DNA of 63,985 nucleotides, the filler included, from Octopus bimaculoides (lineage: Eukaryota), in assembly GCF_001194135.2 (NCBI RefSeq). It is 7 parts of 4 records of this genome, joined end to end, with 100 filler letters (N's around TTAATTAATTAA, not from the genome) between each part and the next. Parts side by side here need not be neighbours in the genome. Positions count along the whole stretch, not along the records: positions 12,602 to 36,478 come from NC_068984.1; positions 36,579 to 46,606 come from NC_068988.1; positions 46,707 to 51,308 come from NC_068984.1; 4 more parts are not named here. The stretch is one strand, 5' to 3'. Position 1 is the first letter of the stretch. Each line of letters starts with the position of its first letter. The notes beneath the pieces are model-generated. The model searched no databases and was not told where the DNA came from. It saw only the letters and a program-made list of their open reading frames with translations. Shown in pieces: positions 35,993-48,950 of this stretch. The translations under genes were made by a program, and so were the position numbers.

Positions 35993-36478
35993 TTAGGTTG
36001 AGGAAAAAGTTCGTGCACCATGTTAAAATAATGCTTTTTTACATATCTTTGTGGTGGGTGTGTTCATTCAGTTCATGTCATGTTCATTGGTGACTCAATG
36101 TGTTCATCAAAAATGCGCCTTGTTTCAACAAGACAATGCAAAGCCACATATCACAAGAAAGGCCAGCAACAAGATTGAAGAATTGGACAGTGTGGAAGTT
36201 CTGCTGCATCCAGTCTATAGTCCAGGCGTTGCTCCATCTGACTATGGTCTCTTCCAGTCAATGCAGCACTTTATTAAAGGTTACTGATTTGAGTCATTCG
36301 ATGAAGTTGAAGAAGCCTGTCAAGAATTTTTTGATTCAAAGCTGGAGGATTGGTACTTTGATCAACTCCGAAAGCTTGCAGATTGTTGGCAGAATGTCAC
36401 AGAAAATGATTGAAGAATAGTTGTTGTTTTTGAATAAATTCTTGCAATATTTTAACGTGGCGCACAAACCTTTTCCTC
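35993..36478 (+). mobile_element. Internally deleted mariner element with both TIRs
   Basis: TA followed by TTAGGTTGAGGAAAAAGTTCGTGCACCATGTTAAAATA, with the inverted match at 36448-36478. Internal FQQDNAKPH...HPVYSPGVAPSDYGLFQSMQHF, the mariner catalytic-domain C-terminal motifs. Confidence 0.9.
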
Positions 36479-36578
36479 NNNNNNNNNNNNNNNNNNNNNN
36501 NNNNNNNNNNNNNNNNNNNNNNTTAATTAATTAANNNNNNNNNNNNNNNNNNNNNNNNNNNNNNNNNNNNNNNNNNNN

Positions 36579-36658
<80 letters not shown>

Positions 36659-36990
36659 GGAAAGTGAGAGAGAGTGGGGAGCGAGTGAGAGAGGAAGAAT
36701 GAAAGAGAAAATATATATATATCTATACATAAACATGCTCGTGCATATATATACATATATTATATGCAAGATATTTGCCGAATTTAGTAGTCAGTAGAAT
36801 TTAGTAGAATTTCTTATACTTCTGTCAAGTGCATTGGTTTTAACTTCGTTACTCCCGCATTTGGACATTTGCAATCATTACTGTGATTGATAGTTCAAAT
36901 AAATATAATCACAAAGGTTAAGAATTCCGAGGAAAGACAATAGATTTTAAATAACGATGTATTAATTAACGATGACGAATGACTGTTTAC

Positions 36991-37096
36991 GAAGTGTGAG
37001 TAGTTCATAGTGTCCCCTGAGGGGTAAACAGCTCGGAATCTGATCCACTCGGTCATTCAAATTCCTCCATACAGAATCCGATTTAATGTCAAATTT
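36991..37096 (-). CDS. Candidate exon in CpG-retaining unique sequence (unidentified)
   Basis: Open frame KFDIKSDSVWRNLNDRVDQIPSCLPLRGHYELLTL between a weak AG and C|GTAAAC. An alternative frame reads MTEWIRFRAVYPSGDTMNYSHF. Confidence 0.25.
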
Positions 37097-39648
37097 CTAG
37101 AACTTTAGAATCCTTTCGTTAATTAAAACCAATAACACTAAGAACATTTAATTTATAACAATATTATTTTTTTGTTTCCCTTCACCGATGTTAATTATCT
37201 ATGCTTTAATTATTTGAATTCATCAAAAACGCTGGAAGGCGTAATACAATGATTAATGATTTCTTATAAAATTCAATTACCAATGTCAATTGCAGTCTCA
37301 AATTAACTATAGGTAGATACATACGCACATGCATATACACAAACATGCAAACAGATATACCTATATAGTGTGGGTATATATATATATATACATAAATACA
37401 TGCATACACACATATATATATATANNNNNNNNNNNNNNNNNNNNNNNNNNNNNNNNNNNNNNNNNNNNNNNNNNNNNNNNNNNNNNNNNNNNNNNNNNNN
37501 NNNNNNNNNNNNNNNNNNNNNNNNNNNNNNNNNNNNNNNNNNNNNNNNNNNNNNNNNNNNNNNNNNNNNNNNNNNNNNNNNNNNNNNNNNNNNNNNNNNN
37601 NNNNNNNNNNNNNNNNNNNNNNNNNNNNNNNNNNNNNNNNNNNNNNNNNNNNNNNNNNNNNNNNNNNNNNNNNNNNNNNNNNNNNNNNNATATATATATA
37701 TATATGTATATATACATATGCATATGTATATATATGTATATGTACATTTATATATACACACACACACATACACACACACACATATATACATACATCACTA
37801 AAATCACACGTGCACATTCATCTAGTAAAGCATCGGTACTCGTTCACTTCCACATACAACAATAGAAGAATATAAATATATAAAATATATAAGTTCTGTC
37901 TGACAGCCATTTGGACAACGACATTTTTTTATCGTCATCTGTACGCACACTCCCCGTGGCTTATTCGGATGCTAAAATACGCGCATAAAACGTGATTATT
38001 TGTTATATGAAATAATTGACAGAAACTCTACCAATAAAATAACCGAATTTCCATCAATAAATACATTTTAATACCTTTCAAAATAAAAGAAAATGTTGTT
38101 GGAAGAAATTCTTTTGGAAATATCGAGAAAATCTTAATATCTAATTAAAAAAAGTTTTTGTTTGTCTTTCTTTAACTGTTCTGTGTAATTTTCAGGTGAT
38201 TAGAAGTAAATATAATTAACCAATAGTTCAATTAGCTAATATTGAGATAAAATTAACATGATTACACTCAGAAAATATCATTAGGCACATCACCATGTGT
38301 TATTTCGATTCCTGTACCTAAAAAATGAAGAATGCTTCAAGAGAGATGAAATTTTATTTCATCTGCTTTCATTACTAACGTACCATAGGATTTTATAGAA
38401 TAGAACTTCTAATCAAAAAGTGCCTTCTTTTCGCTCTTTCAGACCTCTCTCCCCATACTTACAAAATCACGTCTCACACATACGCAAACACACACACACA
38501 GAGTACCACTAACGATATGTTCATATGTCGTGGTCTCACCTATCGAAGGTAACATATAATGGGTCCGTAATTACTTGCTGTGCAACGTGCACAGATGTTT
38601 TGTATATAGAAATCAAATGTATGTACTGGATATTAGCTCACTTCCTCCATCAAATCGATATCTCCTCTGCACGTGCCAGTGTCCCACACCGCAGACGTCG
38701 AAATGGTCATAGCGCAACGTGAGTTGAAGTATTTTGTTCAAGAACACAACGCACCAATAACTGAAACTGCTTAATTTTATAGGCCACGTACCGTCAGTCG
38801 TTATGCCCATGTGTACATATATATATATATAGGCATACATGCAGACGAACAGGTATTTAATCACTTTCGTTTCGGCTCCAGGAAAGTTACTTAAAGGAGA
38901 TCTCAATACAAGATCATCAACATTGTAGATTTTAAAACAAACAAAAATGTGAAACGGTATATGCATTTCAATTCGTGTAAACTTCGGGCTTCTCACCCAA
39001 ATTGTTTAAATATTTACATTATGCTCTCTGAATCCCTGTCGAAATTCATAATGTGCTGAGTTCTATATCCTGTAATTTGTCGTCTTATTATTTCGATAAA
39101 GAGCTACATCTATACTTAGCGACTGTGTTCATAAGTAGCCATACAGAACTATAAAGGACTGTATACATTTGTAGAGCCTAACATGAAGTTGATTCAAACG
39201 ATATCCAAGGTAACATACACTTGGATTTCATTTCCTCTGAGTAATATATATATATATATATANNNNNNNNNNNNNNNNNNNNNNNNNNNNNNNNNNNNNN
39301 NNNNNNNNNNNNNNNNNNNNNNNNNNNNNNNNNNNNNNNNNNNNNNNNNNNNNNNNNNNNNNNNNNNNNNNNNNNNNNNNNNNNNNNNNNNNNNNNNNNN
39401 NNNNNNNNNNNNNNNNNNNNNNNNNNNNNNNNNNNNNNNNNNNNNNNNNNNNNNNNNNNNNNNNNNNNNNNNNNNNNNNNNNNNNNNNNNNNNNNNNNNN
39501 NNNNNNNNNNNNNNNNNNNNNNNNNNNNNNNNNNNNNNNNNNNNNNNNNNNNNNNNNNNNNNNNNNNNNNNNNNNNNNNNNNNNNNNNNNNNNNNNNNNN
39601 NNNNNNNNNNNNNNNNNNNNNNNNNNNNNNNNNNNNNNNNNNNNNNNN

Positions 39649-39679
<31 letters not shown>

Positions 39680-40814
39680 TCACGCACATGTACGTGTGTC
39701 CATTTTACATATATAGAAAGACAGACCCTGCGATGCGTATGTTGACAATAATTTCATTTCCCAACCACGTTGTTGTTATTTTGGTCTGACAGAAACAAGA
39801 ACAAGCCGCACAAATGAGAAACCATTACGTGTATCTTTCAAACCCTACCCACTCATTATATATATATGGAAGGTTATATTACATGACATAATTCTAAATA
39901 TACTACATTAGATATACTATGTTTGAAAAGAAAGCGAGTGACTCAACCGTATTTACTAATGAGATTGATCAGATATAAAACAGCAGAAGTAACAACACCA
40001 ACAGTAACCTTTTTTATGACTTGTAAATATTACAATGCATGCAAAATGAATTAAGGTTTCGTGCGGGCAGAATCATTACCCCCACTGACAAAATGGTTAG
40101 CGATTTATGCTTTGAGTTCAAGCATTGCCGAGATCGATGTTTTAAATTTTGTCAAACAGGCAGTATTTCAAGGAAGGATGAAAGGCAAATTCGACCGCGA
40201 TGTAATTTTATCTACGAACGTGAAGACGAACAAAATGTCTCTAAGAATATTACTCGCCCAGCTAACGATTCTGTCAACTCACCGTCTTGAAATTAGAAAG
40301 AAAGTAGTAATTAGGCATCTAGCTGCCAGAATCTTTAGTGCCTCAAAAAAAATGCGCACCGAAATTTTTCACAGCTGTTTACATTCTGAGTTCTAGAACA
40401 CTGAGGTCAACTTAACCTTTCATCCTTACCGGATAGATTAAATAAGGATAAGTGGAACGCTGGAGCCGGTGTAATCGACTGTTCTCCAACATTGTAAGTT
40501 GAATTGGAACATATCTCTGTTGTTGAACATTTACTTCAATTATAAAAACATTAGCAGAAACCCATTTAGTCATTTCCATAATCACTATGTTTACATAGTC
40601 GTGTAATGCTATAAATTATTATAAATGTCAATATACTGTAGAAAATTGCACTTAATGAATTTCTGAGCTGAGGATATAAAAAAATTTAATCATACATAGT
40701 AAATAAGAATTATACATCTGGTGCTGCTCTACCATGGTCATGGACCTGATGGAGTTCTGAAGAATGTGTATTTATATTAGTAACAATATATTTATATATA
40801 TATATATATATATC

Positions 40815-40887
<73 letters not shown>

Positions 40888-40898
40888 ACAACAACAAC

Positions 40899-40934
<36 letters not shown>

Positions 40935-40945
40935 TAATAATAATA
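40815..40945. repeat. (CAA)n-(TAA)n microsatellite
   Basis: Direct inspection. Confidence 0.95.
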
Positions 40946-41826
40946 AGGATTATTACGAAGTTGCATAGCATTACCATTAATTCTTTTAATATTCATATAC
41001 ATATTTACATAGTCCAATGCGTGTTTCAACTTCACTGATTAGTAACCGTTGCAATGGCGACCCTACTATAACACCGGTGTAGTTTCTTCAGGGTCTTTAA
41101 TAAATGTCCTTCGATTTAACTGTTTAAAGCTTTTTCTTCATCTACTCTGTGTTGTAGGGTGTAGAGTTGTCCGTTATGTTGGACGCAAACAATCTTCATT
41201 TCAAGTTTTGATTGGATAATCACTTATAGTCCATTTTGAAACCATTATACTGTTTAAATGTTTATTATTCATTTATACTGGCAAAATATGAATTTCATCA
41301 TGTGAATTTCATCATGTGAATTTCCTCATGTGCAAACATCTTAAGGCTTGTTCCTGTCTAGAATTCATTACATTACCTTTGGATGTAAAATTCTGGTAAA
41401 ATTCTCTTAAAAATAGGTCACATATTTTGGTTCCAGGTCTGTATGGTTTTACAGTAAAAATTAATTCTCAATTGATAGTATTTTCTTCTGTCCTTAATAG
41501 ACCAAATTCATTTCTTAAGACTTGTTTGGAATCATTTATTCTTATCTCTAAATGAACTCAAATGATCTGCTAATCTCATAATGAAGATAAATTATATCTC
41601 GCCGATGTAAAAGTATTCATTACCTTCAGATATAACTTTACATCTATAATTACATTTTTAGTCTTACACTTATATTTCATATAACAGGATTCCAGTTTAG
41701 AACAACTGCAAAGATAATTTTTTACATTTCTCTCGGATTTAGTTTTAATTTTATCATTCATGCTAGAGTCAAATTCATTCCACTTCTATCTCCTATTTAT
41801 GCCTCCATATTTAAAAAAAAATTCTC

Positions 41827-41862
<36 letters not shown>

Positions 41863-41877
41863 CATATATATTTTTTC

Positions 41878-42262
41878 TTTTATTCTTTTACTTGTTTACT
41901 TGATTGCGGCCATGCTGGATCAGAGGTCTTTAGTCGAGCGAATCTTATTCTTCGTAAGCCTAGTACTTATTCTATCGGGCACTTTTGCCGAACCACTATA
42001 TTACGGGGAACTAAACGCATCAGCATCAGTTGCCAAGCGATGTTGAGAGAGAAGACAAACACAGACGCACAAATATGCACACACATACATTTTTATACAT
42101 ATACGACCGGCTTCTTTTAGTTTCTGTCTACTAAATCCATTCACAAGGCTTTGGTCGACAGAAGACTATAGTAGAAGACACTTGCACAAGGTGACATGCA
42201 GTGGGACTGAACCCGGAACCATGTAGTTGGTAAGCTAGTTACTTACCACACAACCATTCCTG
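41878..42262 (-). mobile_element. SINE family A, full length
   Basis: Reverse complement of the 25208 copy's architecture. Confidence 0.88.
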
Positions 42263-42273
42263 CTCTCCTGCTC

Positions 42274-42351
<78 letters not shown>

Positions 42352-42951
42352 GTGTGTGTGAGTGTGTGTGGTGACGCAGTCAGGAAAAATAGAATGCAAA
42401 ATATGAGTATAAGTCTATTTTTATTAATATTTAGCAGAAGCAACAAATTAACTCAAGGTCACAGTTTTATAAGAGCTAACGTAGGAAACTATCTTTATAT
42501 TATTAAAGCCAGGTAATTTTCAGCCCTCACTCGTGTACAGACAGACAAACAGACAGACAGACAAACATACACAAACACATGTAATGAATTCAGGGTAGAT
42601 GAATTCTTGGGCGAAAAATTTAATGTAAAGATAATTTGTCCCTGGAAACAGGATAATGAGAAACTAGCAAGAGCTTAACAAGAATCGAAGAGGAATATTT
42701 TCTGATAAAGGGGTAGTATAAGAAGGTTTTGATGCCAAAAAAAATAAAAAAAATTTAACAATAGCCAAATGTGAAGTGATGTTTAAAGCAATCTTTTCTG
42801 TTTTCCTCCATAATGTATTGGTGCCAAAAACATTTTAACTATAATTGTTAATTAGAGATGAAGAGAAAATGTAAAAAAAATATAGAAGCATAAATAAGAG
42901 AACATTGCTTATATAGAATAAGAAAAATTAGCCTACATTCTTTCTCTCTCT

Positions 42952-43047
<96 letters not shown>

Positions 43048-43929
43048 TCTAAANNNNNNNNNNNNNNNNNNNNNNNNNNNNNNNNNNNNNNNNNNNNNNN
43101 NNNNNNNNNNNNNNNNNNNNNNNNNNNNNNNNNNNNNNNNNNNNNNNNNNNNNNNNNNNNNNNNNNNNNNNNNNNNNNNNNNNNNNNNNNNNNNNNNNNN
43201 NNNNNNNNNNNNNNNNNNNNNNNNNNNNNNNNNNNNNNNNNNNNNNNNNNNNNNNNNNNNNNNNNNNNNNNNNNNNNNNNNNNNNNNNNNNNNNNNNNNN
43301 NNNNNNNNNNNNNNNNNNNNNNNNNNNNNNNNNNNNNNNNNNNNNNNNNNNNNNNNNNNNNNNNNNNNNNNNNNNNNNNNNNNNNNNNNNNNNNNNNNNN
43401 NNNNNNNNNNNNNNNNNNNNNNNNNNNNNNNNNNNNNNNNNNNNNNNNNNNNNNNNNNNNNNNNNNNNNNNNNNNNNNNNNNNNNNNNNNNNNNNNNNNN
43501 NNNNNNNNNNNNNNNNNNNNNNNNNNNNNNNNNNNNNNNNNNNNNNNNNNNNNNNNNNNNNNNNNNNNNNNNNNNNNNNNNNNNNNNNNNNNNNNNNNNN
43601 NNNNNNNNNNNNNNNNNNNNNNNNNNNNNNNNNNNNNNNNNNNNNNNNNNNNNNNNNNNNNNNNNNNNNNNNNNNNNNNNNNNNNNNNNNNNNNNNNNNN
43701 NNNNNNNNNNNNNNNNNNNNNNNNNNNNNNNNNNNNNNNNNNNNNNNNNNNNNNNNNNNNNNNNNNNNNNNNNNNNNNNNNNNNNNNNNNNNNNNNNNNN
43801 NNNNNNNNNNNNNNNNNNNNNNNNNNNNNNNNNNNNNNNNNNNNNNNNNNNNNNNNNNNNNNNNNNNNNNNNNNNNNNNNNNNNNNTATCTATATATCTA
43901 TCTATCTATCTATATATCTATCTATGTAC

Positions 43930-43974
<45 letters not shown>

Positions 43975-44070
43975 GGTCTGTCTATCTGTCTGTCTGTCTG
44001 TCTGTCTTTTTGTCTGTCTGTCTGTTTTTCTGTCTGCCTGTGTCTGTTTGCCTGACTGTCTGTTTATCTA
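42952..44070. repeat. (ATCT)n/(GTCT)n array flanking a gap
   Basis: Direct inspection of both sides of the N run. Confidence 0.9.
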
Positions 44071-45532
44071 TGAGTCTATCTAACTATTCATCTATGTGTA
44101 TATGTGTGTCCGTGTGTGTTTGTATGTGTATTTGGCCAGTAAGTATGAGTGCATTCTTCTGTGGGTGTATTTGAGTTAGTGCATACAAAATCCATTTCTC
44201 TCTGAGATACGGTGCTTCTCTTTCACAGAATCCCTATCAAACATTCGATATATTCAATTATTCCTGTGTTGCTTCATTCTATAAATCATCAATCTGTATA
44301 CACACAAGAAATATATTTCTCTTTGTAATAAACCTCCTGATATTTAGTTTCTATACTTTCTATTACAATTGTCGGCATATTTCGATTGATGAAATTCTTC
44401 AGATATTTGATCCTGGCGTTGACGTCACACTGGTCTATCATTCTTTCTCACGAACCGTTTCTCTTAATCTCTTGATTCATCCCTCTTTTCTATATACTTA
44501 TATCTTCTTCTTTTCTCCACTTGTTTAATTTATCTTATATATCCCGAGAGAAATATAAGGACGAAGTCTTTAGGATTAGCAACACAATATTTGTAACTCC
44601 AATTGCAACAATATAGTGTTGGCATTAAAATCCTTACATGTGGTTGTCTGCATTTGAAAGCGGGTAGAACAGATCAGCTTAACGAGACAAGTGCCTATAA
44701 AAATACTCTATAGTTGGATGTAAAAGCTTGAATTCTTGGGAATTTTGCAGCTATCTTCGTCGGTAAAAATAGCGAACTATTGAATGCCATTTCCTCGGGG
44801 ACAATTAACCTGCAATCGACTAACACAAAGTGTAGATGTTAGACATTTCCTATTCAAACAGGTTTAGATAAACAGGAGGCGGACAAAGGGTTATATTTAT
44901 AAATGTTTTTATTGTAATGATTAGCAACTCTCATTTTCTGTACTAAATCAAAATTGCCTATTTTTCTCATGAGAAATATGTCCAATTATTTGTTGTTTCC
45001 ATGTTCAGGTAGTTTTCTTTATTTTGCTGTCATTTTGGTATAACATCACAAAATGAATAGACAAATAAAAAGAAAATTTCTGTGTGGTATATAGTCACAG
45101 AAATGCGCCACTGTTAACATTAATGAGCTCATATAAATGGTTTCATACATATATTCTATGCAACACCTTTACTTCTAAAGCATTTCAATCTTAGTGTACG
45201 AAGAGATCTGCTTAAAGAAATGGTTTTGAGCAAAGGTATTCAACTCTTTACTGATTGATTTAACCTAAAATCTCAATTTCGTTATCTTCTTGAACTCAAA
45301 GTCCACATGGCTATTTTATCCACTGATATACATGAGACAAGAAAAAACATTCAGATACATTACAGAAAATAGTTACATATCCTATGATTAAAAATCTGAT
45401 GAATATATGAAGCAATACTCCATTGAATGATTTAGTATATAAAATTATGTATCCAAACATAACCACAGACTATAATCAGTGCATCCAAACAATATCCACT
45501 TGGTGGCTTATTTATTCCTTACCACACACACA

Positions 45533-45595
<63 letters not shown>

Positions 45596-45725
45596 NNNNN
45601 NNNNNNNNNNNNNNNNNNNNNNNNNNNNNNNNNNNNNNNNNNNNNNNNNNNNNNNNNNNNNNNNNNNNNNNNNNNNNNNNNNNNNNNNNNNNNNNNNNNN
45701 NNNNNNNNNNNNNNNNNNNNNNNNN

Positions 45726-45762
<37 letters not shown>

Positions 45763-46571
45763 ATATATATATATATATAACGCCAAATGTCTTTCACTTC
45801 TCGTCTGACAAATCCACCTTCAAGGCTTTGGTCGGCCCTAAGTCACAGGAGAGGACATTTGTGCAATGCGTCATGCAGTGGAACTGAACTCGGAACTATG
45901 TGGTTGGGAAGCAAATTTCTTACTACACAAGTGAAAAGCCTGCTTCCCTCGGCGCCTAAATTTATGGAGGAAAAATATTTTGACTCCTTCCTTCATGGTT
46001 AAAACCTTTGGTATGTGCCCCAAACAGATTTCATGCTCAATATCTTTGCCGACTAGAAAATGTTTCAATCTGATAAAAAGAGATAAATGAAATTAAATAA
46101 ATGAATCTCGAAACTGAAATCTGAACTTGCAATTGTTGGGATGAGGCATGAACATTATTCTCAGATTACAGTAGTAAAATCTACGAATATAAGATAACAA
46201 AATATTTTTGTATACGTAATGAAGAAATTCCATAAACACAGAGAGGATCTTCGTAGAAATTTTATCGTATAGTTTAAAATTATGCAACAGATGTAAGTTG
46301 TATATGAAACAAGTACCATAGACATTCTCAACCAGTCGGTTCGTAATATTCTGTTGCATGCTATCATATCATAACAACTAATTTTAGAATGTGAAAAGAC
46401 AAGAATGGAAAAACAGCAGTGATATGGTATTAAGTAAATGTCGGAGAAATAACAATGAAGAAGGATTAAAGTAAATTAAAAGGGCAGAGCAGCTTATCTA
46501 TTTGAATATAGAAGATTGCACCGATACTAACATGGCTTATTATTTGCGACATAATTTTATGGATGATTATG

Positions 46572-46606
<35 letters not shown>

Positions 46607-46814
46607 NNNNNNNNNNNNNNNNNNNNNNNNNNNNNNNNNNNNNNNNNNNNTTAATTAATTAANNNNNNNNNNNNNNNNNNNNNNNNNNNNNNNNNNNNNN
46701 NNNNNNTTAAAAGAAAGGATTATGCATCTCTATCATACAATAATGTTCCTTTATTCCAAATTACCCAACCGACCCTCGTTATGATATCTGAACATTTGCA
46801 TTGTAAGCACATTT

Positions 46815-47237
46815 TTGGGGAGGGGACCAGCCGATTAGATCGACCCCAACACGCAACTGGTACTTAATTTATCGACCTCGAAGGAATGAAAAGCAAAGTC
46901 GACTTCGGCGGAATTTGAACTCAGAACGTAAAGACAGACGAAATACCGCTAAGCATTTCGTCCAACATGCTAACGATTCTGCCAGCTCACCGCCTTTTCA
47001 CCGCATTAATAATAATAATAATCCTTTCTACTATAGTCAGAAGGCCTGAAATTTTGGAGGAGGGCGCTAGTCGATTACATCGACCCCAATGTTTCACTGG
47101 TACTTAATTTATCGACCCCCGAAAGGAAGAAACGGTAAAGTCGACCATGGCAGAATTTCAACTCAGAACGTAGCGGCAGACGAAATATCGCTGAGCATTT
47201 CCCCCGGCGTACTAACGTTTCTGCCAGCTCGCCCCCT
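46815..47237 (-). mobile_element. Two tandem SINE family B copies, CpG-intact
   Basis: Both show ...GTCGAC..CGGCGGAATTTGAACTCAGAACG...GCCAGCTC with an (AAT)n junction between them. Confidence 0.85.
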
Positions 47238-47339
47238 TATTGTGTGCTTATTATAGGCTTAACATGTTTCGGATTGGATTGCAGCCATACCACCTTGAAG
47301 ATTTTAGTCAAACAAATCAACCCAAGTACCTACCCTATC

Positions 47340-47830
47340 GAGGCCTACACAAAGTTTTCAAAAGGTTTTCATCTCTCTTGACACAATCAAGGAGATCTTG
47401 AAACCCGAGTGTCTTTTTGGTCAGCTGAAAGCAGTTTTGGCACAAACTTGGCAGACACGCGTCTCATACCCAAATCTTCAGTGATAATGGACTGAACTGA
47501 ACCGTAACTAATCTGCACATTTCTCCGATAACTCACGGATGGTGATTCGACGATTTCTTCTCACAGCTGCACGGATATCTGCGATGTTTTCCTCAGTTGT
47601 GCTGGTTGCAGGTCAACCAGAACGTTCGTCACTATAGACATTTTTTTTTGCCATCTTGGAAACGTCTGAACCACCCGTACACTTGTGGGAAGCTCATACA
47701 CTCCTCTCCATACACTTTCTGCAACTTTGTGTAGGCCTCTGAGCAGGTATAGCCATGACAACTTTCTGTCATGGTCAATGTGACGACAATCACATGCTAC
47801 ACATCTTCCTTCAGCGGAAGTGGGCCAGAA
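47340..47830 (-). mobile_element. Mariner transposase relic (N-terminal half)
   Basis: Minus frames give TKLQKVYGEEC...VYGWFRRFQDG...DERSG...TEENIADIRAAVRRNRRITIRELS...EDLGMRRVSAKFVPKLL. Confidence 0.85.
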
Positions 47831-47879
47831 CGTTAAAACTTAGTGCATATGTACAGCAGAGTTTCAGATCAATCTGTAC

Positions 47880-48045
47880 TAAGCAGCTACACTCTGCATG
47901 TTTTAGCTTCGTTACTATAATAACTGTTCGGATACTTATTGATCAAACCTCGTATATATATATTCTAAACAAAACTGTCCAACGAACGGGAACGTGAAAC
48001 TCTGAGTAACAGTTTTTGTGATATTTTTACTGCTTTGTAATAAAG
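47880..48045 (+). mobile_element. Probable Penelope-like 3' end with a core-mutated hammerhead, same family as 24182-24337
   Basis: ACTGT CCAACGA ACG-GGAA-CGT GAA ACTCTGAGT A ACAGT at 47974-48013. The downstream sequence matches the 24306-24337 arm. Confidence 0.65.
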
Positions 48046-48144
48046 TATATATATNNNNNNNNNNNNNNNNNNNNNNNNNNNNNNNNNNNNNNNNNNNNNN
48101 NNNNNNNTATATATATATATATATATGTGGTGGTTGTCTACTTC

Positions 48145-48950
48145 TTATGCAGAGTTTGACTTTTTAAACAATATTCTGAGAAGACACCCACTTAGATTGC
48201 ACCTTCGATTTGAACTACCAAGAGCTGCAGATAAGTTCTGCTCTTTGTGGATCTTAAAATGTCTTTTGAGGCCTCCGTTGGATTTGCAAACCTTCTGGCA
48301 TACACTGCATTCAAAGGTGTGCACATACATATAGACAGAATAGTTGGTGGAGGTTTGTTTTCTATGCACAGATGAGATTTGAGACCAGCAAAAGACAGGC
48401 ATGGTTTGTCACAGACTGTGCACACAAAAAGATCATTATCATTCACCTTCTCAATCGTGACGTTCTTCCTTAGATCTTTATTGAGTCTTACTTGCGCTAT
48501 CCTGGCCTTTTCAAATGCTTTCACACCACTCCACACCTTTGTTCGCCATGCATTTATGTGTATGCTTTTATGTTTGTTTGTCCTCACACTCACAACTGCT
48601 GTTACTTTGTAAAAGACGAATATACTCTGGAGGATGCCGTACAATTTTCTAGAAAATTTCCACAACAAATTCTATGCATCGGCTTCGTTTTGCTCAGTAA
48701 ATTTACACTCTGAGTTTCCCTTCTCAATTTGACAACCAGGATATGGCTTCGGATCTAAGAAATCCAGCACAGAATCATTTACATTCTTTCTTGATATCAT
48801 AGTTATTGAATTGAGTAAATCAATGAGATGCAGAAGATCTTTCAATAATTTAATAAGATCTTGTGTTGCTGTTTCAGGTTTTTTTCTTAATGCTTTGAAC
48901 TCCAGAAACAATTTGCCTAAAAAAAAAGAGTTGAGATGCATATTTTCTTG
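48145..48950 (-). mobile_element. RTE-like LINE C-terminal fragment with two tandem C2H2 zinc fingers (frameshifted)
   Basis: AWRTKVWSGVKAFEKARIAQVRLNKDLRK, then FVCTVCDKPCLSFAGLKSHL and, after a one-base frameshift, VH...FECSVCQKVCKSNGGLKRHFKIH. Confidence 0.65.

Noticed and set aside
48145-48402. Host C2H2 zinc-finger gene
   Set aside because: There are no TGEKP linkers, it is frameshifted, and it is fused to a LINE-type C-terminal helix.
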